From: Octopus vulgaris
Lineage: Eukaryota
Length of the DNA stretch: 64,000 bases
Assembly (NCBI GenBank): GCA_951406725.2
Contig: OX597817.1
Span: forward strand, 116,932,001 to 116,996,000
Direction: 5' to 3'
Below, one piece after another: positions 25,951 to 36,308 of this stretch. Numbering within the stretch: position 1 is the first letter of the stretch; every line of letters begins with the position of its first letter. The notes beneath the pieces were generated by a model. The model searched no databases. It saw nothing but the letters and a program-made list of their open reading frames with translations, and was not told the origin of the DNA. The position numbers and the translations under genes are program-made.

Positions 25951-27030
25951 TAATGATAGTAAATGCAAATTAACTTACTGCAGTATTCATGTTCCATTAA
26001 CAGTGAACATTTCTTTTAAAACTACGCTTTTTTGTTTTCTTTCATGGTAAATAAGCAAAACGATATGCTTTTGCTCCCACACGTGGTACTCTTACATAAA
26101 ATTTCGAATCTTAACCGAAACGAGTCTAACGCTGCAGATTTAGATTTACTTCCCCTGGATGCGTATTTTATAAGAGAACAACAAGGAATAATTGAAGTAG
26201 AAAAAGATGGATTTCATACACGAACGTCTGTTACCTTATTATGTGACAATAATAAACGAATTGTAAGTGTTATTATATTTATCAATACAGTAATGGCAAA
26301 TATATAATACAGTTCATTTAAATAGGTAATTTAGTAATTATTTGGATGTAATGATAGTAATGACAGATTAAGTCATTGACGTATTCATGTTGCATTAAGA
26401 GTGAACATTTCTTTATAAACATTATTTTTTGTTTTACTTCGGTTTGTATAAGCAAAAAGATTTCCTTTTGATCCCACACGTGATGCTCCTTCATAAAGTT
26501 GGCCATGGGAAAATCATGGTTCTTAAAAACGTAATAACTGAAGAAAGAGAATTGAAAGATTCAGTTTCAACGTGAAGGTATAAAAATAGTTATATATCCT
26601 TTAGAAACTAGCTTTACAGAATGCGGGAGACTGTGTGATATCACAGGCCACAGGTCAAATAGAACACCCATTTGTTACGGTAACTTTTGACATTTGAATA
26701 GGCTGTATGGCCAAGGAGAATTAAAATATTCAGTTTCGAATCTGAACCAGAGCGAGACTATCCCTACATAGTTAGATTTACTCCTCCTGTATGTATGAGT
26801 TTTATAAAAGAAACATGTCATGATTGCTGTAGAAAAAGTTTCCAATCTGAATAATTTTTGTTGCAGCTCCCACACGGGATACTCCTACATAAAGTTGGCC
26901 ATGTGAAAAGCATGGTGCTTCAATTTGTAATCAAGCAACGTTTAGTGTTTGGCCCTGAGTTTTATTAATGCTCATGGCAACAGGAAGTGGGATACGAAAC
27001 TGTAAAGGCTTAAATTTGTATGCTCGGAAT
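25950..27030 (-). mobile_element. Helitron Pif1-helicase C-terminal relic with tandemly reiterated 3' segments
   Basis: FKPLQFRIPLPVAMSINKTQGQTL then EAPCFSHGQLYVGVSRV (~26860-27020). Decayed repeats of HGQLY..SRVG at ~26470-26510 and ~26075-26100. Confidence 0.8.
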
Positions 27031-27034
27031 GCAG

Positions 27035-27690
27035 ACGGTGTCACATTTACTACGAACATTGAGAGTATTTGCCTCAATTCGCAAGTCAGAGTAGGTGCAT
27101 GACGGGAGAAGTAATGATGTAACATTCCATGCGCATATTTTTAAGATGGCAACTCTGCAGGCGGGCACCTGGATGGATTCTGAGACCAGACAGAATCCGG
27201 AAAAAAGATATCGTGCTACTCCTATGGAGAATTTTCGTTTTCCATCTTCTTTGTTACTGCTCCCAATTTTGCTTACTGCAGAGCGTTAAACTGGTAGTGG
27301 AGTTCTAGGCAATCCAGCGTCACTACACTGAGGCGATTGAGCTGATGCAACAGATGTGCTACTGGGAGAGGATAGAGGAGCATAAACACTACTCCCTTGC
27401 GTGGAGGAACATGACTTAGTGGTTAGGGTGCTGGACTCATGATCGTAAGATTGTCGTTTCGAAACCTGGAGTGGGAGACGTGTTGCGTTCTTGAGCAAAA
27501 CTCTTCATTTCACATTGCGTCTTCAAAATGCGTGAGGACAAATTTTTATCTGAGGTAACATATGAACCCACATCACAGCAGGAGGCACAAATAGAGTAGC
27601 TCGGCCGAGTTTGTACTTCACCAGAAACTATAGAAAGAAAAGTTTCACTTTTACTGAAAGGTGCTGTTGCAGTATAAGAGGTAAAATAAT
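27035..27690 (-). mobile_element. Possible LINE 5' relic (Ser/Pro-rich frame plus APE endonuclease N-terminus), interrupted by a SINE
   Basis: LKICAWNVTSL resembles the APE start motif. The upstream frame rejoins when the SINE at 27401-27522 is removed. Confidence 0.35.
27401..27522 (+). mobile_element. 3'-truncated SINE (family B)
   Basis: GTGGAGGAACATGACTTAGTGGTTAGGGTG head. TTGCGT occurs at both junctions (candidate TSD). Confidence 0.8.
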
Positions 27691-27860
27691 AAAAAAATGA
27701 TATATAGGTACGCACACACACACACATATATATAGGCATATATACATATACATGTATTCGGATAGTTAGCTAGATAGATAGACGCTTACAAACGTACATA
27801 TATACATAATATTTGCATAAATTCGTATGTATATATCTCTAAATTTGAATATATACATGT

Positions 27861-27982
27861 AACCTACCCCCATACGTACATATATATATATACACGCATA
27901 AACTTCCCCCCGTATATATATATATATATATATAAAACCTACCCCCATATGTACATATATATACACGCATAAACTTCCCCCC

Positions 27983-27990
<8 letters not shown>
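27861..27990. repeat. ~75-bp tandem duplication ending in (TA)n
   Basis: AACCTACCCCCATA..CACGCATAAACTTCCCCCCGTATATA occurs at 27861 and 27936. Confidence 0.85.
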
Positions 27991-28038
<48 letters not shown>

Positions 28039-28042
<4 letters not shown>

Positions 28043-28854
28043 AATAGTAAAGTGTGAAAAAACGACAGAAGGCTTAAATGTTAAAAAATATATATATTTG
28101 TGTCAAAATGTCTGGAGAATATTGGAAAAATTTTTTTCCCTTTTCTTAAAATGACATAATTTTAAAATTTTTTAAGAAATTACCGGTTTCGCGTGTAGCT
28201 TTTCAAATTTCTTGTGAGGTTATGTTTATATTGCATGGAATTATCGTTGTTTTTATTTCCAGGAGATTTCTAAATAAGGGGAGGTAGTGAGTGATTTTAA
28301 TCGCTTAAAAATTTTTTTTTCCCTTTTCCTTGTTAATTTCTCTGTGTCAGTATGTTCGGATGGTTGAGTCTGGGTTTTTACTTTTCAATGAAGAATGTTT
28401 CCTTGTTCAGTCTCATTTGTGTTGATGATCCGAAAGCACATTGGTAAAATTGGAAGATTAAAAATTGTGGCAGTAGTTGCTTTGCGCATTTCTCAATGTG
28501 CTCACTAAAAGGTATCATTCTATATTCTGGGAATGCAATCTGTTGTCGATGCAGTGTGCATCTGCGCCTGAGTGAAAGTCCCGTGGAACCCACGTAGTCT
28601 TGGTGGCAGCCCGAGCATTTAATAACATAAATTATGTTTTCAGAGGCACAAGTAAAGTTAGATTTGATCTTAAATTTCTGTCCCTCTTTAAAGAAGAATT
28701 CTGATCCTTCCAATAGGTTAGGACATGTTGCACAGTTCGATCTACCACATTTTTTTACTTTTGCATCCGTAATTTTAGAAGACAATTTTGCCTTTGTGAG
28801 AATCTTTTTAAGTGATTTAGGCTGTTTGTAGCTTTTAATGATTTGGTGTATGTT
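28039..28854 (-). repeat. Inverted arm (pseudo-LTR plus GIY-YIG-coding 3' copy)
   Basis: Near-identical to 30542-31376 apart from a few substitutions and an 18-nt indel. Contains ORF 28378-28860. Confidence 0.95.
28174..28213 (-). ncRNA. Minimal type I hammerhead ribozyme motif, U3-A8 core variant
   Basis: Minus strand AAGAAAT-TTGAAAA-GC-TACAC-GC-GAA-ACCGGT-A-ATTTCTT: 7-bp stem I, palindromic stem III, GUA cleavage triplet. Confidence 0.75.
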
Positions 28855-30931
28855 CTGCAAATTTTCTGCAAAATTCTGTTATATTATCCTTGAAAATGAA
28901 CTCAAGGATAATATAACAGAATTTTGCAGAAAATTAAGACTAGCAGACGCATCAAACAGTTTCAATACTGAAGATGAATCACTAGTCAAGAACAAAAGTG
29001 AACACATCCCACACAGAGGAAGAAATAAAGATCTTGACGAATTCTGTAACCACATTGAGAACTTCCCCTACCATACTATACATAAACAGAAAGCTAACCC
29101 AAATTTTAACACTACACAATGGAAAGAACTGATAGAACTCCAAAATGATGAAGATATAACCATTAAGGAAGCGGACAAGGGAAATGCAGTTGTAATAATG
29201 GATACATCATACTACAGAAATCTTGTAATTTCCTTGCTTGATGAAGACCTACATTATGAAAAAATTACCAACTACACCCCACAAAAAATAATGAAAACTC
29301 TATCTTCACTAATTAAAACCCATGAAAAGGAACTGACAACCAAAGAGATTGATTTCCTAACAAACTTTAAATGCAAACCTAGCCTTTTCTATGGTCTGCC
29401 AAAAATTCATAAAAGTCAAATTATAAATGAAACCATTAAAAAATCACCAAAGACATACATACACACACCTAATCCGGGGGACCTAAAACTACGACCCATT
29501 GTAGCTGGCCCAACCTGTGAAACACACAGACTAAGTCTACTTATGGACATCCTCTTGAAACCCTTCCTTAAACATATCGATAGCCATATCAGAGATGACT
29601 TAGATATGTTAAACCACCTTCCAAAAAAAACCAAGGAAGATACAATCCTGGTTTCATTTGATGTAGTCAACTTGTATACCAGTATACCTCATAATTATGG
29701 ACTGGAGGCAATACAATTTTGGTTAGACCAATTTCCGGAAGAAATACCAAAAAGGATCAGTAAGGATTTCATTACTAAATCAATTGAATTCATCCTACAC
29801 AATAACCACTTCATGTTTGACAATACATTTTACCGTCAAAAATCCGGAATTGCTATGGGTACAAGGGCAGCACCAGTCATTGCGAACTTAACAATGGGAT
29901 ACATGGAAATAATCATTTACCAGGAATCTCTATCAATCTTTGGAAACTCCCTCTCTCAATACATAAAAGAGAATTGGAAACGATTCCTAGACGATTGTTT
30001 CATTCTCTGGAATGAAAACATAGATAAACTCCTAAAATTTAAAAACCTATTGAACAGCATAAACCCAAATATACAGTTCACAATGGAATACAACCAAAAG
30101 GAGCTCCCGTTCTTGGATATACTAATTAAAAAAATTAACCTTAAAATAGAAACAGACATTTTTTACAAAGCCACAGACGCCAAACAATACCTTCTTTTTA
30201 ATTCATGCCACCCAAGACACACTAAAACAAACATCCCCTTCAACCTTGCAAGAAGGATATGCACAATAGTGTCAGAACAAAATACCAGGAACTTTAGACT
30301 GCAAGAACTCAAAAACACCCTAATTGACAGACATTACCCAGCTCAACTCATAGAGGATGGGATCAGACGTGCAACAGAAATCAACATAGAAACTTTAAGA
30401 AAAGTTCAACACAACAACACACCTTCCCCGAAAATACTACCTTACATATCTACATACAACCCCAGAAACAAAGAAGCCTTAACCATCATCACCCAGAATT
30501 TACCAATACTTCATAAAAACCCAAAATTAAAGGAAATTCTAAACATACACCAAATCATTAAAAGCTACAAACAGCCTAAATCACTTAAAAAGATTCTCAC
30601 AAAGGCAAAATTGTCTTCTAAAATTACGGATGCAAAAGTAAAAAAATGTGGTAGATCGAACTGTGCAACATGTCCTAACCTATTGGAAGGATCAGAATTC
30701 TTCTTTAAAGAGGGACAGAAATTTAAGATCAAATCTAACTTTACTTGTGCCTCTGAAAACATAATTTATGTTATTAAATGCTCGGGCTGCCACCAAGACT
30801 ACGTGGGTTCCACGGGACTTTCACTCAGGCGCAGATGCACACTGCATCGACAACAGATTGCATTCCCAGAATATAGAATGATACCTTTTAGTGAGCACAT
30901 TGAGAAATGCGCAAAGCAACTACTGCCATAA
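28838..30931 (+). CDS. Penelope-like reverse transcriptase-GIY-YIG endonuclease polyprotein (5'-truncated, premature stop)
   Basis: RT motifs ADKGNAVV, FYGLPKIHK, RPIVAG, SFDVVNLYTSIP, YRQKSGIAMG, RFLDD, LPFLDI, SCHP; then CGRSNCATC linker and NIIYVIKCSGCHQDYVGST. The first ~19 aa come from the inversion junction. The natural stop is inferred at 31061-31063. Confidence 0.95.
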   Translation: MIWCMFCKFSAKFCYIILENELKDNITEFCRKLRLADASNSFNTEDESLVKNKSEHIPHRGRNKDLDEFCNHIENFPYHTIHKQKANPNFNTTQWKELIELQNDEDITIKEADKGNAVVIMDTSYYRNLVISLLDEDLHYEKITNYTPQKIMKTLSSLIKTHEKELTTKEIDFLTNFKCKPSLFYGLPKIHKSQIINETIKKSPKTYIHTPNPGDLKLRPIVAGPTCETHRLSLLMDILLKPFLKHIDSHIRDDLDMLNHLPKKTKEDTILVSFDVVNLYTSIPHNYGLEAIQFWLDQFPEEIPKRISKDFITKSIEFILHNNHFMFDNTFYRQKSGIAMGTRAAPVIANLTMGYMEIIIYQESLSIFGNSLSQYIKENWKRFLDDCFILWNENIDKLLKFKNLLNSINPNIQFTMEYNQKELPFLDILIKKINLKIETDIFYKATDAKQYLLFNSCHPRHTKTNIPFNLARRICTIVSEQNTRNFRLQELKNTLIDRHYPAQLIEDGIRRATEINIETLRKVQHNNTPSPKILPYISTYNPRNKEALTIITQNLPILHKNPKLKEILNIHQIIKSYKQPKSLKKILTKAKLSSKITDAKVKKCGRSNCATCPNLLEGSEFFFKEGQKFKIKSNFTCASENIIYVIKCSGCHQDYVGSTGLSLRRRCTLHRQQIAFPEYRMIPFSEHIEKCAKQLLP

Positions 30932-31199
30932 TTTTTAATCTTCCAATTTTACCAATGTGCTTTCGGATCATCAACACAAATGAGACTGAACAAGGAAACA
31001 TTCTTCATTGAAAAGTACAAACCCAGACTCAACCATCCGAACATACTGACACAGAGAAATTAACAAGGAAAAGGGGAAAAAAATGTTTAAGCGATTATCT
31101 CCCCTACACCGGAAAAAATCACTCACTACCTCCCCTTATTTAGAAATCTCCTGGAAATAAAAACAAAGATAATTCCATGCAATATAAACATAACGTCAC

Positions 31200-31239
31200 A
31201 AGAAATTTGAAAAGCTACACGCGAAACAGGTAATTTCTT
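31200..31239 (+). ncRNA. Hammerhead motif of the right arm (stem III mutated)
   Basis: Same as 28174-28213, but ACAGGT instead of the palindromic ACCGGT. Confidence 0.7.
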
Positions 31240-31416
31240 TAAAAATTTTAAAATTATGTCATTTTAAGGAAAGGGAAAAAAAAATTTTTCCAATATTCTC
31301 CAGACATTTTGACACAAATATATATATTTTTTAACATTTAAGCCTTCTGTCGTTTTTTCACACTTTACTATTTTCTTATATATTCACCCACGTGCTTTAC
31401 CAAACAAACTTTCTTA

Positions 31417-31472
<56 letters not shown>

Positions 31473-32109
31473 ATTTACGACTAATCCAAAATGGAAAAGT
31501 TATTAATTAATAAACCTTGCCTATATGTTCTGTATGAAAGTGTTGCAGAGATGATAAAAATGGAAGTTTCTGAAACCTATCTCATATCGATAAGTGAAAT
31601 ACGATAATAAAGTCAGAAAAATACTTATAGCTTGATAAAAGGTGGAATTAGTGCAGCATATATATAAATATGCTATAATCAATCATTAATAATTTCAAAT
31701 AACTGAACTGATTATTATGAATAAGCAGGTGAGATTAAATATAATATAATTCCTCTCAATATCAGTGACGATAAAACTGCAAGAACTCGATTAAACCTGA
31801 CATTTGATAAAACTAATTTGTATATACAGAAGCTATAATGAAATATGAAACGGGAATGGTTTGAAAAATGTTCTATGAAAAAACGAGGTATCTAAGTGAG
31901 GAAATGTTAACTTTGACAATACTAGCAGAATTTCGATAAATAGATAGATATTTGAATGTCTTTGTGAAAATTACTTGGTACAGTTTTTAAGTGAAAAGGG
32001 CATTTAATATTTAGAATTATTTTTTCAAAATGTTGTAAAGTCTTTTATCAGGATTTTACTAATCATTTTTGGAAGAATTTTTTTCCTAGTGTTTAAGCGC
32101 TTTCGAACA

Positions 32110-32233
<124 letters not shown>

Positions 32234-32838
32234 CCCCACCTCTCTCTCTCTCTCTGTATATATACATACGAAAGTCTATGACATTTACTTAAATACAATT
32301 TTTGATGTGTAAAATGATATTTTTCATGAAATTATTTGTTTAAAATTGGTAAAAAATATATTTTCAGGATGTTATTAACTTTTTTTTGGTGGGGGAAGAC
32401 GTATTTTTCCTAGTGCGTGGGAGCTTTCGATTAACCTTGATGTAAATTAGTTTTAACACTCACTATAACTGATAGTGTGTAGAAATTTCTACATGTCAAA
32501 ATTAATAACTTTATCTACTTTCAATTCCGATTCCATTCAAAATAATTTAGTTCATATTTCTAAATGTTTATAAATTCTTATTATACAATTATAGCAAGTT
32601 AGAGCAAAACTTCTAAAACGGATGGGAACAATTCGAAGGCTTCTTTTAGAACAATGTTTACCACGGTTCCAAGTTTACACAAAATAAGGGCTCGAGTTAC
32701 TCGGGTAGGTTTTGACATATCTTCATCATAGGCGGAGTGTCTTTAACTCAAAATCTCACATGCTATAATCGATAGTTTCATCGACTTCGAGTAACCGCAT
32801 TAAAAATAATTATATATATATATAATAACATATTTATA

Positions 32839-32873
<35 letters not shown>

Positions 32874-33694
32874 ATGTATAAATATGTGTGTGTTTCCGTG
32901 AGTGTATGGGAAGCACAAAAGAGACTACCAAGTTAAAATGATGACTTTGGGTTATGAAAACAGGTTTTGTAATAAAACCTTAAGATTTAAGGTAGTTTCT
33001 CGTTGAAGATGTTCTGGTACTTGTGTCTAATGAAAACTGCTTGTATTGCAGAAGCAGTGTTAATGCCACTGATCATTATAATATGAATCATACAAAACCT
33101 ACAGTAGTTTATTCATGCAAATACACCTGTTATAATTTTTGAATGAGGTGTAAATTATTTGGTTAACTACTTAAACTAGCATCTCATTTCAATAATTAAA
33201 ATCATAATACAGGTAAGTTTATTATCTTGATGTTCAATAAGTCGTAATAATGTGATTGCTGATACTAAAAGTTGAATTTGATGCTCGTGAAACGAGGGTA
33301 GAATATAATTTGGTTTCAATGAAATAAATTCTGAAAATTGCTTCAGGTGACAGCAGCTTATGAAGTTTACCTTTTGCGTTTAAATATTATTTATATCCAC
33401 ATATTATTTATATACATATGCAAGTCCATAAATAGTGATTTTTCCGTTAGATGAAATTCCAAAATTATACGTGATTGTTAAACAATTATTTTTCTTAAGA
33501 CCTCCCGCTAGCATCCCACTTCAATCTACCTTAGGCAAAGACTTCTCACCACAATTCCCTATTCTTTCGCTACATCTAAAATTGCTCTTTTTCTTTCGTC
33601 GTTTATTTTGTGAAACAAAAATCATTCCAAATGCTCAATCCACTTTAGCCCTCTCTAAGAATTGTTGCTCAAGTACACATACGCACATATAATC

Positions 33695-33723
33695 ATGCGT
33701 ATACGTATATGTATATATATATG

Positions 33724-33779
<56 letters not shown>

Positions 33780-33848
33780 CATACAGGGAGAGAGAAAGAG
33801 AGAGTTTGATAGTTAAATGTAATTATATGCATATATACATACATACAT

Positions 33849-33935
<87 letters not shown>

Positions 33936-33969
33936 TATGCATACATAAATATATATATATACATATATA

Positions 33970-34015
<46 letters not shown>

Positions 34016-34135
34016 GTATATATATATATATATATATATCTATACATATATATATTTATATATATATGTATATATGTATATATACACAAATATATATATA
34101 TATACATATATATATATGTACGTATGTACGTATAA
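33695..34135. repeat. Compound AT-rich microsatellite block
   Basis: Interrupted (TA)n, (TACA)n and (GA)n. Confidence 0.95.
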
Positions 34136-34289
34136 TAATTTTGAAACGCATTTTCAATAAGCTGCGAGGCAAAATCATGAATCAGTAAAATGTTTCAGTC
34201 GAATCGGAGATTATACTCTAAAAATCACACCGTGTTCTTTCCTAAAGCAAAATTTAGAACTTTCATGTCATAAGAAAAAACCTTAAGAT

Positions 34290-34320
<31 letters not shown>

Positions 34321-34689
34321 CTTATACGTGTGTTTATGTATGTGTTTGTGTGTGTGTGTATGTGTGTGTTGTGTGTTTATGTATGTATTTATTGCATATA
34401 GATAGAGGGAAAAGAAAGAGAGAGCCAGAAGATTATGAAGATGAGACTGTGAGTGATAGAGTGATTTTATGCCGAATAGATCAAATTTATAGAAGTGAAA
34501 TTACATTTATACATGCAATGTGTACTGTTGCGAAAGAAAATTCAATTGACATATGGAAATTGTATTATGTTTACATGTGTGAATATGCATCCTTATGTGT
34601 AGGTAACTATACACACACACACACACATACACAAGCGCTCACGCATACATACAAATACGTATATACAAAATATCTTTTTTCTGTTCTTT

Positions 34690-35005
34690 ATTTTAACCAA
34701 TGCGGTTGCATTTATGCTGGAGCGCAATCGTAACTTTGGAACTTCCTAGAGACATCATCTGTGGTTGATGTCTACTGCGTGGTGGGATATCAAAGTCTTT
34801 CAGGTGCCTTTGCCTTTGTTCTTTCATTTGGTGCATGAGGCAGCTTGGCATTGCCAACCTCGTCTATATGTCATGCCTGAGGTTAGTCCATCTGATATCA
34901 TGGATAGGAGATTGCCCAATTCCTTTTTGAAGACATCCACAACAGCACTGCGTAGGGTTTTTAATTCTCTTGGCAGAACGTTGAAGATACCCGCAGATAT
35001 TGCAG
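34690..35005 (-). mobile_element. CR1-like LINE 3' fragment
   Basis: IFNVLPRELKTLRSAVVDVFKKELGNLLSMISD, matching the C-termini at ~40565-40675 and ~46475-46590. Confidence 0.7.
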
Positions 35006-35029
35006 TAACTAGTCTCTATATATATGCGT

Positions 35030-35210
35030 ATATCATCTAGGGCCGTATCAGGGGTACAATAAATGTATAATCTATCAAATTATTACCTCGTAGGATTTCA
35101 TCACAACGGAAACCATCCTGATGAGGCAGGGTGGTGGGGGCATTATGTTTCTGTATTTGGAATCGTTAAAACGCCATTTATGGTACTTCTGAAACGGCCC
35201 TAGATGATAT
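35030..35210. repeat. Inverted pair of degenerate hammerhead-like modules
   Basis: 36-bp IR (35030-35065 / 35175-35210, 4 mismatches). Plus strand CATC-CTGATGA...GAA-ACGGCCCT-A-GATG. Confidence 0.6.
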
Positions 35211-36094
35211 CCTTTACTCGAATTCACCCGAATCTGTATATATTTATTGTATCTACCTATTTATCTCTCTATTTACCCCCGATTTTTTAAAGTTTGAACT
35301 CTCATCCCACATTTCGTATAAACCAAATTCTTAGTCGATTCCAACAGTTCCTTTTGGAAGCCCTTACCTGGAATTTTCATCTCTCTTTATTTGTCTATTT
35401 ATTTATCACTCCTCCATTCGGCACCTGTACGTGTGTGCGTGTCAGTGTGTGCACGTGTGTCATTAGGGTTTTTGAGATCAGAATTGTTAACAGAAATTTT
35501 CAGTTGCAATATTCTTTGATCCTCATATTTTAATTGCCTTCTTATCTATAATATTTTCTTGGTATTCTTAATAGCTATATGCTCATTAAAGCTTGTACTT
35601 AGTAATGAATTTATTTCACTGTTAGGAATTTAAAGATGAAAAAACCTGCTGTAGGGACATTTAACATCTGTTGAAAGTTTCGTGAATCTAAAGATTTGTA
35701 GAATATACGAAGAAAACGAAATAATTACCTATTAGGGATGACACAAACTTACAGGAAATAATTATGATTAATTAGTTGGAAATATCATTAGAATCATGAA
35801 AGTATATAGTAATTTGATTCATGTATAGAACTAAATTATTAATTTGAAAATAGTTTGCAGCCAGGTTTGTTAATTTTATATTTCTCATCTTTTATATTGT
35901 CTTATTTAAAAGGAAATTGTATTGATCGTTGGTTGGAGAACTGGAAAATCCCCGATATACATTCAAAAGAAATTATCCCATATGTTGCATGGAGAGAGAT
36001 GTTTCTCGAAATAATATTCGGGTGTAAAAAATAGTACATAGGATATATTGGATAGTGGAATTACATATACAGTATTTCCGAACGAAAGTAAGGC

Positions 36095-36308
36095 GTGGGG
36101 ATGGCAGAATCGTTAGAACCCAAAACAAAATGCTTGTCGCCATTTCGCCATTTCGCCATTTCTTCTGAGTTCAAATGTTGCCGAACTCGACTTTACACTT
36201 CATCCTTTCTAGTTCAATAAAATGAGTACCAGTTGCGCAGTGTGGTCGATGTAAACGAATTATCCCTCCCCTGAAATCGCTGGCCTTCTGCCAAAATTTG
36301 AAATCAAT
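36095..36308 (+). mobile_element. tRNA-derived SINE (family A)
   Basis: TGGCAGAATCGTTAG, CTGAGTTCAAAT, CTTTCATCCTTTC..AATAAAATGAGTACCAG. Confidence 0.8.

Larger units (their letters stand above)
28039..31418 (+). mobile_element. Penelope-like retroelement (C-terminal EN+, Neptune-like), 5'-truncated, with inverted 3'-end copy, inserted in (TA)n
   Basis: RT + GIY-YIG ORF. 28039-28854 is the reverse complement of 30542-31376. A 42-bp tail (31377-31418) is present only at the right end. (TA)n on both sides. Confidence 0.95.

Noticed and set aside
28838-28893. MIWCMFCKFSAKFCYIIL as the true N-terminus of the RT protein
   Set aside because: Encoded by the antisense arm and the fold-back. The real 5' part of the element is missing.
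30929-30931. Programmed readthrough or selenocysteine at the in-frame stop
   Set aside because: The codon is TAA, not TGA, and the sister arm has CAA. It is a simple nonsense mutation. The domain order is also not Naiad-like.
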